Origin: Candidatus Entotheonellaceae bacterium
Lineage (GTDB): Bacteria > Tectomicrobia > Entotheonellia > Entotheonellales > Entotheonellaceae
NCBI GenBank assembly: GCA_965238075.1
Contig: OZ250173.1
Coordinates: 1,920,001-1,984,000, forward strand
DNA: 64,000 bases
Reading direction: 5' to 3'
Part shown: in pieces, positions 10,262 through 19,035 of the stretch
How positions within the stretch are numbered: the first letter of the stretch is position 1
Layout of the letters: every line of letters begins with the position of its first letter
Made by a program: the position numbers and the translations under genes
The notes under the pieces: generated by a model
Told to the model about the DNA's origin: nothing
Databases searched by the model: none
Seen by the model: the letters and a program-made list of their open reading frames with translations, nothing else

Positions 10262-10423
10262 TGTGAACCCCTCAAAAGAAAGCGCTTGATTGTATCCGTT
10301 CGGACCGGTGCTCAGCTTTGCAGCAAGGCCACACGGGTAGCTTCGTAGCCGGAGCCGTTTTCCACCACGTCCACTTCCACCGCGGTGCCATGGTTGTCAA
10401 GCGTCCGCGCGGCTTCGCCGGGC

Positions 10424-11670
10424 TGATCGGCCCCCACGGAGTGGTCCAGTCCGAATGTTAGTTCATAGCCAGTGTCGGCTCCAATGAATACCTGACAGGG
10501 CTTGACAGAACACCCCGGATTGGCCACAGACCGCCAGGCTGCCCAAGTGGCCAGCCAGCCATCGCAGGCACCACGACCTCCGGCGAAGGCGCCCGGTAGC
10601 CAAGCGAGGCATGCGGCCTCACCCTGTTGTAGTGCCGTCGCCAACTCTCAATCACAACCTGTGCCTCCCGCAGCGTGTAGAAGATCTCACCATTGAGCAG
10701 CTCGTCACGCAACCGCGCATTGAAACTCTCGACATAGCCGTTCTCCCACGGACTGCCAGGCGTGATGTAGGCCGTCTTGGCACCGAGCGCGGCAACTCAT
10801 CCTTGCACAGCCTCAGCGATGAACTCCGGACCATTGTCGGAGCGGATATACCTCGGCACACCGCGCAAGATGAACAACTCCGCCAACATCTCGATGACAT
10901 CGACAGATTTGAGCCGGCGCGCCACCCGCATGGCGAGACATTCGCGGGTGAACTCATCGACGGCGTTGAGCATCCGGTACTTGCGCCCGTCATGGCTGCG
11001 GTCCCGGGCGAAGTCATAGCTCCACACATGGTTTACATGCTCGACTCGCAAACGCATGCACGAGCCGTCGGCGAGCCACAGGCGCCGACGCTTGGGTTGT
11101 TTGGCCGGCACCTTGAGCCCCGCACGCCGCCAGATGCGCTCGACCCGCTTGTCGTTGACCACCCAGCCGGCCTCAACACGCAGCAACTCGGCGATCTTGC
11201 GATAGCCGTAGCGGCCATAGGACCGGGCCAGGGTGATGATGTCTTCGGTCAGGCGGGCCTCATCATGACGCCCCTGCGGCGGCTTGCGCTGCGTCGAACG
11301 GTGCTGTCCGAGTGCCCGGCAGGCACGGCGCTCCGAGACACCCAGTTGGTCTCGGATATGCTCGACACAGAGACGGCGGCGTGCGGGGGCTCAGAAGTTT
11401 CCCCGTGCGGCCTCCTGCAAGATGACGTTGTCCAGGGTCAGGTCGGATACGGCGCGGCGCAGGCGGGCGTTTTCGGTTTCGAGTTCCTTGAGGCGTTTGA
11501 CCTGACTGATCTTGAGGCCGCCGAACTCCTGTCGCCAGCGATAGATGCACGTCGACCTAGCGGAGCTTCGCTACAATCTCTTCTGGCTTGTATCGCTTCT
11601 TTGGCATGATGGTCCTCCTGTATGCTCTTCACACAACATCAGGATGGACCACTTCAAGGGGGGCGGGTCA
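10424..11670 (-). mobile_element. IS3-family insertion sequence, full length but inactivated
   Basis: Terminal IRs TGATCGGCCCCCACGGAGTGGTCCA and TGACCCGCCCCCCTTGAAGTGGTCCA; orfA has an in-frame TAG and a deletion; orfB (WSYDF, RSDNGPEF) is frameshifted. Confidence 0.92.
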
Positions 11671-11743
11671 GTGCGGCATCAGCACTACGACGACGAGGAT
11701 TTAGACCCCCGGCCCGTCGCGTCCTAGGTCCAGGAGGGAAGAA

Positions 11744-12193
11744 ATGGCTATGGGTGAGAGACGTACTGTGACAATTGACCAATGTTGCCTGATTGACCTA
11801 GAGGAGCATCGTCCTGACGCTCGCTATGTTGAAGCCCTGATAGATGCCTGGAGGTGCGGACGAATTGACTTGGCTGTGTGCGCAATAGGCGCCACGGAAA
11901 ACACGAAAGACTACTTCCCGGTGGAAACTTACGATGGCTTTAGGCAGCGATTAAGGAACATCGGTTTGGGGGATGTACCCGAGATTCTTCCCTTCGCTCG
12001 TTGGGGCCTGTTCTTTTGGGGCCACGCATTATGGGGCGACGACCAGACGAAAGACCTGGAAAGAAGAATATGGGAGGTCCTCTTTCCTAATTGCGAGTGG
12101 AAGCCAGAATTTAACCGGACACATGCCGGCGAGCCTGCGGCGACCTTTCCCCTTGGGTCGACAGAAGGGGGCGGCCTGATTGGCGATTTCTGA
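11744..12193 (+). pseudogene. PIN-like domain protein, apparently C-terminally truncated
   Basis: N-terminal TIDQCCLIDLEE resembles PIN beta1-D motif; distal acidic FVTxD motif absent; AGGAGG RBS. Confidence 0.5.
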
Positions 12194-12207
12194 AATGGCT
12201 TCTGAAT

Positions 12208-13488
12208 TCACTTCTCGAACGTTCGCATCACTCGAAAGCCGATCTTGGAGGAGTGCTCGTCGGGCACATTCGCGTGACGGCGGCCAGAACGATTATCCAG
12301 CGGTTTATCCTTCCAGGAGCCGCCACGCACGACACGCCTGGCGCAATTTCCGGTACCCCACGCCCGACCGTCTTCGGGCGCCCCATTGTAATGGCTGTTA
12401 TAGCAGTCCAGTGTCCACTCACTGGCATTTCCATGTATATCGTGGAGACCAAAGGCATTCGCCTCAAAAGACCCCACTTCCAGCGTTCGCCCCCTATATA
12501 TATCTGAAGTGAGAACGCCGCTACGGCGCCAATCGTATCGCCCGTCATAGTTGGCCTGTTCAGACGTGATTGACTGGCCTGTGTGAAACAGGGTCGTCGT
12601 GTTGGCTCTCGCCACGTATTCCCACTCCGACTCGCTCGGTAGTCGGTAATCCATACCCGTCCGGCCAGACAGCCAGTCTGTATACGTCTTCGCTTCATGC
12701 CAGGTCACGTGGGTGACGGGTCGCTTCCCGTTTCTCGGCCCCTTATGCCTGTCGAGGGTAATAGAACTGCAGCCGCCTTCGTTGACACAGGCATCCCACT
12801 CCGCAAGAGTGACCTCATATGCGCCGACGGCAAATGAATAGGAAATTTCCACGGCATGCCTTGGTTCTTCATTAACCTTAGCGTCTTTTTCCGAGGGTCC
12901 CGAACCCATAAAGAACTTGCCCGGCGGTATTGAAGCCATTTCGGGACAGTGATCATCGCAGTCTCGAAATGAAACGGGACCCCGCAACAGCAACCCGACT
13001 GATTCTTGGCTGAGGAAACCCGTCTGCGTCTCACCGCGAGACTTCTGCCAGCAGCTTATTGCGCCGCGCGTCCGTGCATCAAATAACAGGGCGACCTCTT
13101 CACTGGGTTCGCATCCGGATTGCGCCAAATGATATTTGATCCAACGAATTTGCCAGCGCTCCAGATTCAGCTCTGCCTCTTTGACTTTTGCGATGTCGCT
13201 TTCAAGAATGATTTTCAGCTTCTGCAATATCTCTCCCTGTCTCTCACCGGCAGCGACAAGAAGCTGCTTCGTGACCGTCATGCGTTCCCGGTTGTCTTCG
13301 GCCTGTTGCTTCAGCAGGTTCGCCTGCTCTCTCAGTTCCTCTACTTCGATGTCAATATCAGCCAAGCGATTTCGTATGGTGAAGAAGTTGACCACCTGGA
13401 ACGCAACCAGGATGAGGACCGTCAAAAGGACTGCGAGGACTAATGGATTCCGCAAGGAAAATGCACCAGGATCTTGGCCTTCACGCAC
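12208..13488 (-). CDS. Membrane-anchored FGE-sulfatase (SUMF1/C-type-lectin fold) domain protein with coiled coil and PG-binding-like segment
   Basis: TM; coiled coil; FDARTRGAISCWQ...TG; FRDCDDHCPEM, YRLPSESEWEY, NAFGLHDIHGN, RGGSW, IGFRV. Confidence 0.88.
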   Translation of the reverse strand: MREGQDPGAFSLRNPLVLAVLLTVLILVAFQVVNFFTIRNRLADIDIEVEELREQANLLKQQAEDNRERMTVTKQLLVAAGERQGEILQKLKIILESDIAKVKEAELNLERWQIRWIKYHLAQSGCEPSEEVALLFDARTRGAISCWQKSRGETQTGFLSQESVGLLLRGPVSFRDCDDHCPEMASIPPGKFFMGSGPSEKDAKVNEEPRHAVEISYSFAVGAYEVTLAEWDACVNEGGCSSITLDRHKGPRNGKRPVTHVTWHEAKTYTDWLSGRTGMDYRLPSESEWEYVARANTTTLFHTGQSITSEQANYDGRYDWRRSGVLTSDIYRGRTLEVGSFEANAFGLHDIHGNASEWTLDCYNSHYNGAPEDGRAWGTGNCARRVVRGGSWKDKPLDNRSGRRHANVPDEHSSKIGFRVMRTFEK

Positions 13489-13621
13489 TAGCTTCTCCTT
13501 TCTCGTTGGCGTCTGAAAATTGAAGCAATACCCAAGGGAAGTCGATCAAGTGCCAGACACGTACGGCGACCGGTACAGTAAACAGGCTGAAGGCGCCAAT
13601 CCGGACGGGGGCAAGCAGGGC

Positions 13622-13870
13622 TGACCCAGCCCCTTGAATCCGGGCCGCGGTGCTGTAGAGTCCATTGGAGTTGGGAGAATGGGTTCTATGAAGCGCCGAT
13701 TCACGGACCAACAGATCATCGGCATGATCCGGGAGCAAGAAGGGGGATTGAAGACCTCCGAGGTTTTCCGCAAGTATGGTACCAGCGACGCTACCTTCTA
13801 CAAGTACAAAGCCATGTTCGGCGGTATGACCGTGTCGGATGCAAGGAAGCTAAGGGCTCTGGATGTCCTC
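13622..13870 (+). mobile_element. IS3-family left end with truncated orfA
   Basis: Starts TGACCCAGCCCC; MKRRFTDQQIIGMIREQE...SDATFYKYKAMFGGM. Confidence 0.85.
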
Positions 13871-13899
13871 TTACTCTTCTAGACTAACGAACAGATCGG

Positions 13900-14589
13900 A
13901 TGGTTTCAATGGGCCTGCATACAACTCTACAAGCCTTTGCCAACACTGTGACAGCCAAAATGGCACAGGTGACACCTGGCTCGCCAGAAGACCAGATACG
14001 CGCCCCATTTGAGACCTTCATAGCCGCTGCCGCCCAGGCTTTGGGCTGGAACGTCGTCTGCACGGGTGAAACGCCCCTGCCCGACCGCCTCGGGCGCCCG
14101 GATTACGCCGTTCATCTCAACCAATTACTGGCTGGATATGTCGAACTCAAGGCCCCCGGCGTCGGCGCCACCGCCAGTCGGTTCAAGGGGCGTAACCGAG
14201 ACCAGTTCATTCGCTTCTCAGTCATCCCGAACCTTCTCTACACCGACGGCAATGAATGGGCGCTTTACCGAGACGGCCAGCTTGTGGACCGGGTTGTTCA
14301 TCTGTCGGGCGATGTTATGGCTGACGGCAGTAAGGCCGCCACGCTCCATGACGCACATGCTGTCGAACGCCTGTTGCGCGACTTCCTCTCGTGGCAGCCG
14401 TTTATCCCCACCGACCACACGGGCAAGATCGACCTCCAGGGCTTTGCCGCAATGGTGGCCCCGTTGTGCCGCATGTTGCGTGACGACGTGACCGAAGCCC
14501 TCAAGCGCCCGGCTTCGTCCCTGGTACAACTGGCGCAGGACTAGCGGCAACTGCTCTTCCCGGATGCCTCGGACGATCAGTTTGCCGAT
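13900..14589 (+). pseudogene. N-terminal fragment of a type ISP / N-6 DNA methylase restriction-modification enzyme
   Basis: PEDQIRAP, GRPDYAV, GYVELKAPG, LYTDGNEW; TAG at 14542 replaces the expected W, and the frame continues RQLLFPDASDDQFAD until interrupted. Confidence 0.8.
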
Positions 14590-16063
14590 ACACCTACCTG
14601 CCGAGCGGCGGCCCCATCCCGCTGCACCGCTATCGCAAGCCGCGTGCGTCGGCGACCCAGCAACGCGCTGACCGCATCGGTGACTTGGCCCGCAAGCTGT
14701 CAGTGCCGCGGGCGGCCCTGAGCGGGGTGGACGATAGCCTGGCGCGCGCTGCCGACGCGGTGCCGCTGCGCCGCCAACCCTTTGTCGACCCCGACCCTTA
14801 TGGACAGTTCACCTATGGCGGCCGCCTCGAGGCGCTGCGCGGCGTCTCAGACCTGCTGCATCGGCCCTTGACGCGTCTGGCCGAGGACGACCTCGACTTC
14901 ATCAACGCGCTCGTGGAGCGCACCCTCGACAAGGCCGCCATCGAGCAAGCCGTCCTTGAGCGGTTTCTGCCGAAACGGCCCGCCGCAAGCAAGGAGAACG
15001 CGCGATGCTGAATGCCGAAATCATGGCGCGATACGCGCTGGCGAAGGACTGGCGCAGTGCGGGATTCTATGAGACCGAAAACCACCGTCAGATCGGGCGG
15101 ACGGTGCGCGCCGGCCTCGGCGCCGGTCGCCTAATTGCCATCACCGGCCCGATTGGCGTCGGCAAGACCGTCTTCCTGCATCGTTTGCAGGACGAGATCG
15201 CCAGTGAGAAGAAGGTGGTGGTGGCCGAGAGCCTGTCGGTCGACACCAACCGGACCACCGTGCCGACGCTGATCGCTGCCCTGTTCTACGATCTGTCACG
15301 CGAAAAGGAGCTGAAGATCCCCACCCAGGGCGAAAAGCGCGAACGCGAGCTGCGAAAGCTCGTGCTGCGCGGCGGCAAGCCGGTCGCCCTGTTCATCGAT
15401 GAAGCCCATGGTCTGCATAGCAGAAACCTGAACGGACTCAAGCGGCTGATGGAGGTGATCGCCCGTGGCGGCGGCAGCCTGTCCGTGGTGCTGATCGGGC
15501 ATCCGAAGCTGCGCAACGACCTGCGCCGTCCGACCATGGAGGAGATCGGCCACCGCACCGACATCCTGTCCTTTGAGGGCCTCGGTGAGGACGCGCCCGC
15601 CTACCTGGACTGGCTGCTCGCCGAGTGCACCGAGGCGGACACCGACGTCGATGCCCTGATCGAGCCCGCGGCCCTGGACCTGATGGCACTCCGACTGACC
15701 ACGCCGCTGCAGTTTGCCGAGCACCTCAACCGTGCCTTTGAGGCCGGCTTCCGCACCGGCCAGAAGCCGATCACCGCCGAGATTGTCGCCGCCACGCTGG
15801 CGCCTGATTTTGACGACCTCGAACCGCGGCTGACCCGCCAGGGCTATTCCGTCAAGGTGCTGGCTGACCAGTTCCATGCCAAGCCCAGTGAGATCCGCCG
15901 TTTCCTGGGCGGCCAACTCGACGCCGGTCGTACCCGGGAGCTTGCCGACCGGATGCGCGCTGTCGGGCTGGCCGTGTGACGCGCGCCGTCTGTTCGCACG
16001 GCGACGGTTTCAGTCTCAATAATGTGAGCCGAAAACGGCGATGATCTTGTCTGTAAAGTGTCA
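14590..16063 (+). mobile_element. Remnant of IS481-like transposase + ExeA-family ATPase element
   Basis: GGPIPLHRYRK transposase C-terminus (14590-15011) coupled to an AAA ATPase; element ends ...GTAAAGTGTCA. Confidence 0.7.
15005..15979 (+). CDS. ExeA/TniB-like AAA ATPase with C-terminal HTH (transposon helper)
   Basis: Walker A GPIGVGKT, Walker B LFIDEAH, LIGHPKL. Confidence 0.85.
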   Translation: MLNAEIMARYALAKDWRSAGFYETENHRQIGRTVRAGLGAGRLIAITGPIGVGKTVFLHRLQDEIASEKKVVVAESLSVDTNRTTVPTLIAALFYDLSREKELKIPTQGEKRERELRKLVLRGGKPVALFIDEAHGLHSRNLNGLKRLMEVIARGGGSLSVVLIGHPKLRNDLRRPTMEEIGHRTDILSFEGLGEDAPAYLDWLLAECTEADTDVDALIEPAALDLMALRLTTPLQFAEHLNRAFEAGFRTGQKPITAEIVAATLAPDFDDLEPRLTRQGYSVKVLADQFHAKPSEIRRFLGGQLDAGRTRELADRMRAVGLAV

Positions 16064-17260
16064 CCAGTCCGAGGCATGAACGCCCCGGAGAGGTAGCGGT
16101 GGTCGGACCGTCATGATCTGGGTCGACTGGGGCCGTGCTTGAGTGGGGTCGCCACCGCCCTTCCCAGTGTCCTGAATGGTTACATGAGCATCAAGGCTCG
16201 CATGACAAGAACAGGAGAGGAAGGATGACGGATCATATCCTTGGCGTTGACATCTCGAAAGCCAACCTGGCCGTCCATCTCGTCCCGACAGGCGAAACCC
16301 AGCAATTCGCTAACAACACCGTCGGCTTCCGCCGCCTTATCGCTTGGCTCCGGGGTCGCCCCGTAGGCCGCGTGGTCTACGAGCCCACGGGAGCTTGGCA
16401 TCGAGATTTCGAGCGAGTGCTTGGCAACGCCGGCTTGCCCCTGTCACGAGTCAATCCGTTGCAGGCACGGCGTTTTGCGCAAGCACTGGGGCAAAAGGCC
16501 AAGACAGATGCTGTTGACGCCCGGATCTTGGCGGCAATGGGCCAAGTGCTTGACCTGCCCCGCTCCAGACCACCCTCGCAGTGGCAGACTGAACTCCGGG
16601 AGCTGCACACAGCTCGACTGGCACTGGCCAAGGATCGAACGGCAACGCTGAACCGCCAGAAACAGGCGCGCGTCCCCTTGCTCAAGCGTCAATGCGCAAG
16701 CCGTCTGCGGCATATCGAGCGCCAACTCAAAGCCCTTGAGGCCGAGATGGCAAAGCACGTCAAGGCCGATCCTGCGCAAGCGCGGGCGTTCGAGATACTG
16801 AACTCGATCCCGGGAATCTCGGTCATCACCGCCGTCGCCGTGCTCTCGGAGCTCCCGGAGATTGGCTCGCTCGACCCCAAGGCCGCGGCCAGTCTGGCCG
16901 GCCTGGCGCCAGTCACGCGGCAATCCGGCACCTGGCAAGGGCACAGCTTCGTCCAAGGGGGCCGGCGAAGGCTGCGCCAGGCGCTCTACATGCCGGCTGT
17001 CTCAGCGATCTCATGTAACCCTGACCTGGCCCGGAAGTATCGCCAGCTCTGCCAGGCCGGCAAGCCGCCGAAGGTGGCGATCACCGCTGTCATGCGCAAG
17101 CTCTTGCTGCTTGCCAATGCGCTGATTGCCCAGGATAGAATTTGGGCAGCCACTCCGCCAACGTGTGCGTAAGCCCGGCCACGGCGCAGAGCGACGCTCG
17201 GCCCACCTTGAAACGGGCTCACCGGAGGAACAACATATCGCGTTGACAACAGGGTTACTC
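16064..17260 (+). mobile_element. IS110-family element
   Basis: ~160-bp structured non-coding left end, recombinase gene, right end TTGACAACAGGGTTACTC. Confidence 0.85.
16225..17172 (+). CDS. IS110 DEDD recombinase/transposase, intact
   Basis: GVDISK, YEPTG, KTDAVDA, SIPGI, RQSG, RQALYM, AVMRKL. Confidence 0.95.
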   Translation: MTDHILGVDISKANLAVHLVPTGETQQFANNTVGFRRLIAWLRGRPVGRVVYEPTGAWHRDFERVLGNAGLPLSRVNPLQARRFAQALGQKAKTDAVDARILAAMGQVLDLPRSRPPSQWQTELRELHTARLALAKDRTATLNRQKQARVPLLKRQCASRLRHIERQLKALEAEMAKHVKADPAQARAFEILNSIPGISVITAVAVLSELPEIGSLDPKAAASLAGLAPVTRQSGTWQGHSFVQGGRRRLRQALYMPAVSAISCNPDLARKYRQLCQAGKPPKVAITAVMRKLLLLANALIAQDRIWAATPPTCA

Positions 17261-17551
17261 AAGCCGCCACAGGTAGGGGACCGGAGATGCCGTTGTCTGC
17301 CGTTACGTAACGCTTGGTATTGGCTACTGAGCCAGTATCTCGGGAGGTGAAGTAGCGACAGCTTGCGCTGTGAGTGAGCTGTGAGTGGGAGGAGCAACAT
17401 GTCGTATTGACAACATGGTTACTCAAGCCCGACGGCCGATAATCTCAGGTCGCTACAGGTAGGGGTGTGCAGCAAGACTTTGCTGAAGCCGTGAAGTGGT
17501 TTCGCAAGGCGGTTGAGCAAGGCCTCGACCCAAGTACAACCTAGGCGTCGC

Positions 17552-17737
17552 ATGGCGCGGGGTGTACCGCATGACTTCGTCGAGGCAACGAAATGGTACC
17601 GCAACGCAGCTGAGCAGGGCTTCGCCAAAGCGCAATACAATGTGAAAAATGGCGCGGGGTGTACCGCATGACTTCGTCGAGGCAACGAAATGGTACCGCA
17701 ACGCAGCTGAGCAGGGCTTCGCCAAAGCGCAATACAA
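17552..17737 (+). repeat. Exact 89-bp tandem duplication (period 97 bp) of a Sel1 repeat
   Basis: 17552-17640 identical to 17649-17737. Confidence 0.9.
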
Positions 17738-18167
17738 CTTGGGCGTCCTGTATGACAATGGCCCGGGGGACTTACCGGAGGACAATGCCGAGGAAGTAAA
17801 GTGGTACCGCAAGGCCGCCGAACAGGGAGTCGCCTTAGCGCAGAGCAATCTGGGCCTTATGTATGCCAAGGGCGAGGGCGTGGAGCAGAATTATGTCGAA
17901 GCCGTGAAATTGTACCGTAAGGCGGCCGAACAGGGCGTTGCTTTAGGACAACACAATCTGGGACTTATGTATAACCTTGGCGAGGGTGTGCCACAGGACG
18001 ACGTTCAGGCCTACGCTTGGTTCAATACCGCTGCCGCTCAAGGGAACGAACTTGCCAAGGAAAATAAGGAGCGCGTCGCTGAGTCCATGACCCGCGAAGG
18101 ACGCGCCCGCGCACAAGAACTTGCGCGCCAGTACTGGGAAGCCTACGTGCTGCCTTTCCGAAACTGA
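17649..18167 (+). CDS. Sel1/TPR repeat protein; 5' part broken, with degenerate repeats from ~17463
   Basis: Repeated WYRKAAEQG..AQ.NLG.MY..GEGV. Confidence 0.88.
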   Translation: MARGVPHDFVEATKWYRNAAEQGFAKAQYNLGVLYDNGPGDLPEDNAEEVKWYRKAAEQGVALAQSNLGLMYAKGEGVEQNYVEAVKLYRKAAEQGVALGQHNLGLMYNLGEGVPQDDVQAYAWFNTAAAQGNELAKENKERVAESMTREGRARAQELARQYWEAYVLPFRN

Positions 18168-18235
18168 CCCACGCGGCCCTGCGGCAGTAACATAACGCAT
18201 CCGAACCAGCCAGCCGCCCCTCCGGGCGGGGTTAT

Positions 18236-18371
18236 CGAAGGCGATCTGGCCTTACGGAAGTTGTCAGTAACCACTATCCAGCCGCCCCTCCGGGACATTC
18301 TCCGGAGGGGCTTTTTTACGTCCGAAGGCGACATATCTGGCCTTATCGGAAGTTGTCAGGTAACCACTATC
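18236..18371. repeat. Tandem direct repeat carrying a dif-like site and GC hairpins
   Basis: CGAAGGCGA(CATA)TCTGGCCTTA(T)CGGAAGTTGTCAG(G)TAACCACTATC at 18236-18278 and 18323-18371, each preceded by CAGCCGCCCCTCCGGG; second hairpin followed by a T-run. Confidence 0.8.
18326..18353 (-). other. dif-like XerC/XerD site
   Basis: Minus strand ACTTCCGATAA-GGCCAG-ATATGTCGCCT (11-6-11). Confidence 0.6.
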
Positions 18372-18403
18372 TGGACGGGAGGTAAGCCGAAATCATGGCC
18401 GGT

Positions 18404-18610
18404 TCAACGGACACTCGTGGCCTCGGGCTCGCGATCGGGCCGTCGGGTCGGACGCCTGGCCAACTCGCCACTGCAATTGGGGCAGGTGGCATCCATCGAG
18501 GTTGTGCACCTCGGGCAGAAGGTGCACTCGTAGGAACAAATGAACGCCTCCGACACATGCGTCAGCGGCGCGTGACACCTTTCGCACTCCGTTCTCATCT
18601 CCAGCGCCAT
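18404..18610 (-). CDS. DUF1272 domain small cysteine-rich protein
   Basis: MALEMRTECERC...ICSYECTFC..C.....CPNCSGEL..RP; AGGAG RBS. Confidence 0.88.
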   Translation of the reverse strand: MALEMRTECERCHAPLTHVSEAFICSYECTFCPRCTTSMDATCPNCSGELARRPTRRPDREPEATSVR

Positions 18611-18737
18611 CTCCGTAACATGCTCCTACACGAGGCAGCGTCAAGCTGCCGACCCTGAGCGAGTGACCGCCGATCCTGCCGGCGATGCCGCCAACAGAGG
18701 GATAAGCCCAAGCTTGCGGCAGGGCGAGGTGAGGCAA

Positions 18738-18765
18738 AGGCTACATAAAACAGCTTATCGGAAAT
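18738..18765 (-). other. dif-like XerC/XerD site
   Basis: Minus strand ATTTCCGATAA-GCTGTT-TTATGTAGCCT (11-6-11). Confidence 0.65.
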
Positions 18766-18955
18766 GGCCGCACAAGCTGAATCCAGACCAACCACAACCC
18801 TGGCCAAGATCAAGGAATGGTTCGCACTCGCCAGCCTCATAGTGGTCCTTGCAGGCGGTATCGCCGCCGGTCTGCTCGGCGGCATGAAACTCGTGATCGC
18901 GCCCCTGCAGTCAGATATCCGGGCCATCCACAGCCGTCTCGACCGGATGGACAGG
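18764..18955 (+). pseudogene. TM + coiled-coil protein fragment, truncated at the 57-bp repeat
   Basis: WFALASLIVVLAGG...APLQSDIRAIHSRLDRMD; same architecture as 38729-39145. Confidence 0.5.
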
Positions 18956-18999
18956 GCAAGCAGAGTGCGGAGTTGGCTAACAGTGCTGTTCCGCTGCCC
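18943..18999 (+). repeat. ~57-bp dispersed repeat, copy 2
   Basis: Matches 8148-8204. Confidence 0.85.
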
Positions 19000-19035
19000 C
19001 AGGCGACTGGTTCATACCTCCAAGGGCGCAACACC

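Noticed and set aside
12208-12340. Diversity-generating retroelement target (FGE/C-type-lectin C-terminus)
   Set aside because: No reverse transcriptase and no adenine-variant template repeat in the window; a remote TR cannot be excluded.
18185-18371. CRISPR array
   Set aside because: Only two degenerate units, no unique spacers of regular length, and no cas genes.
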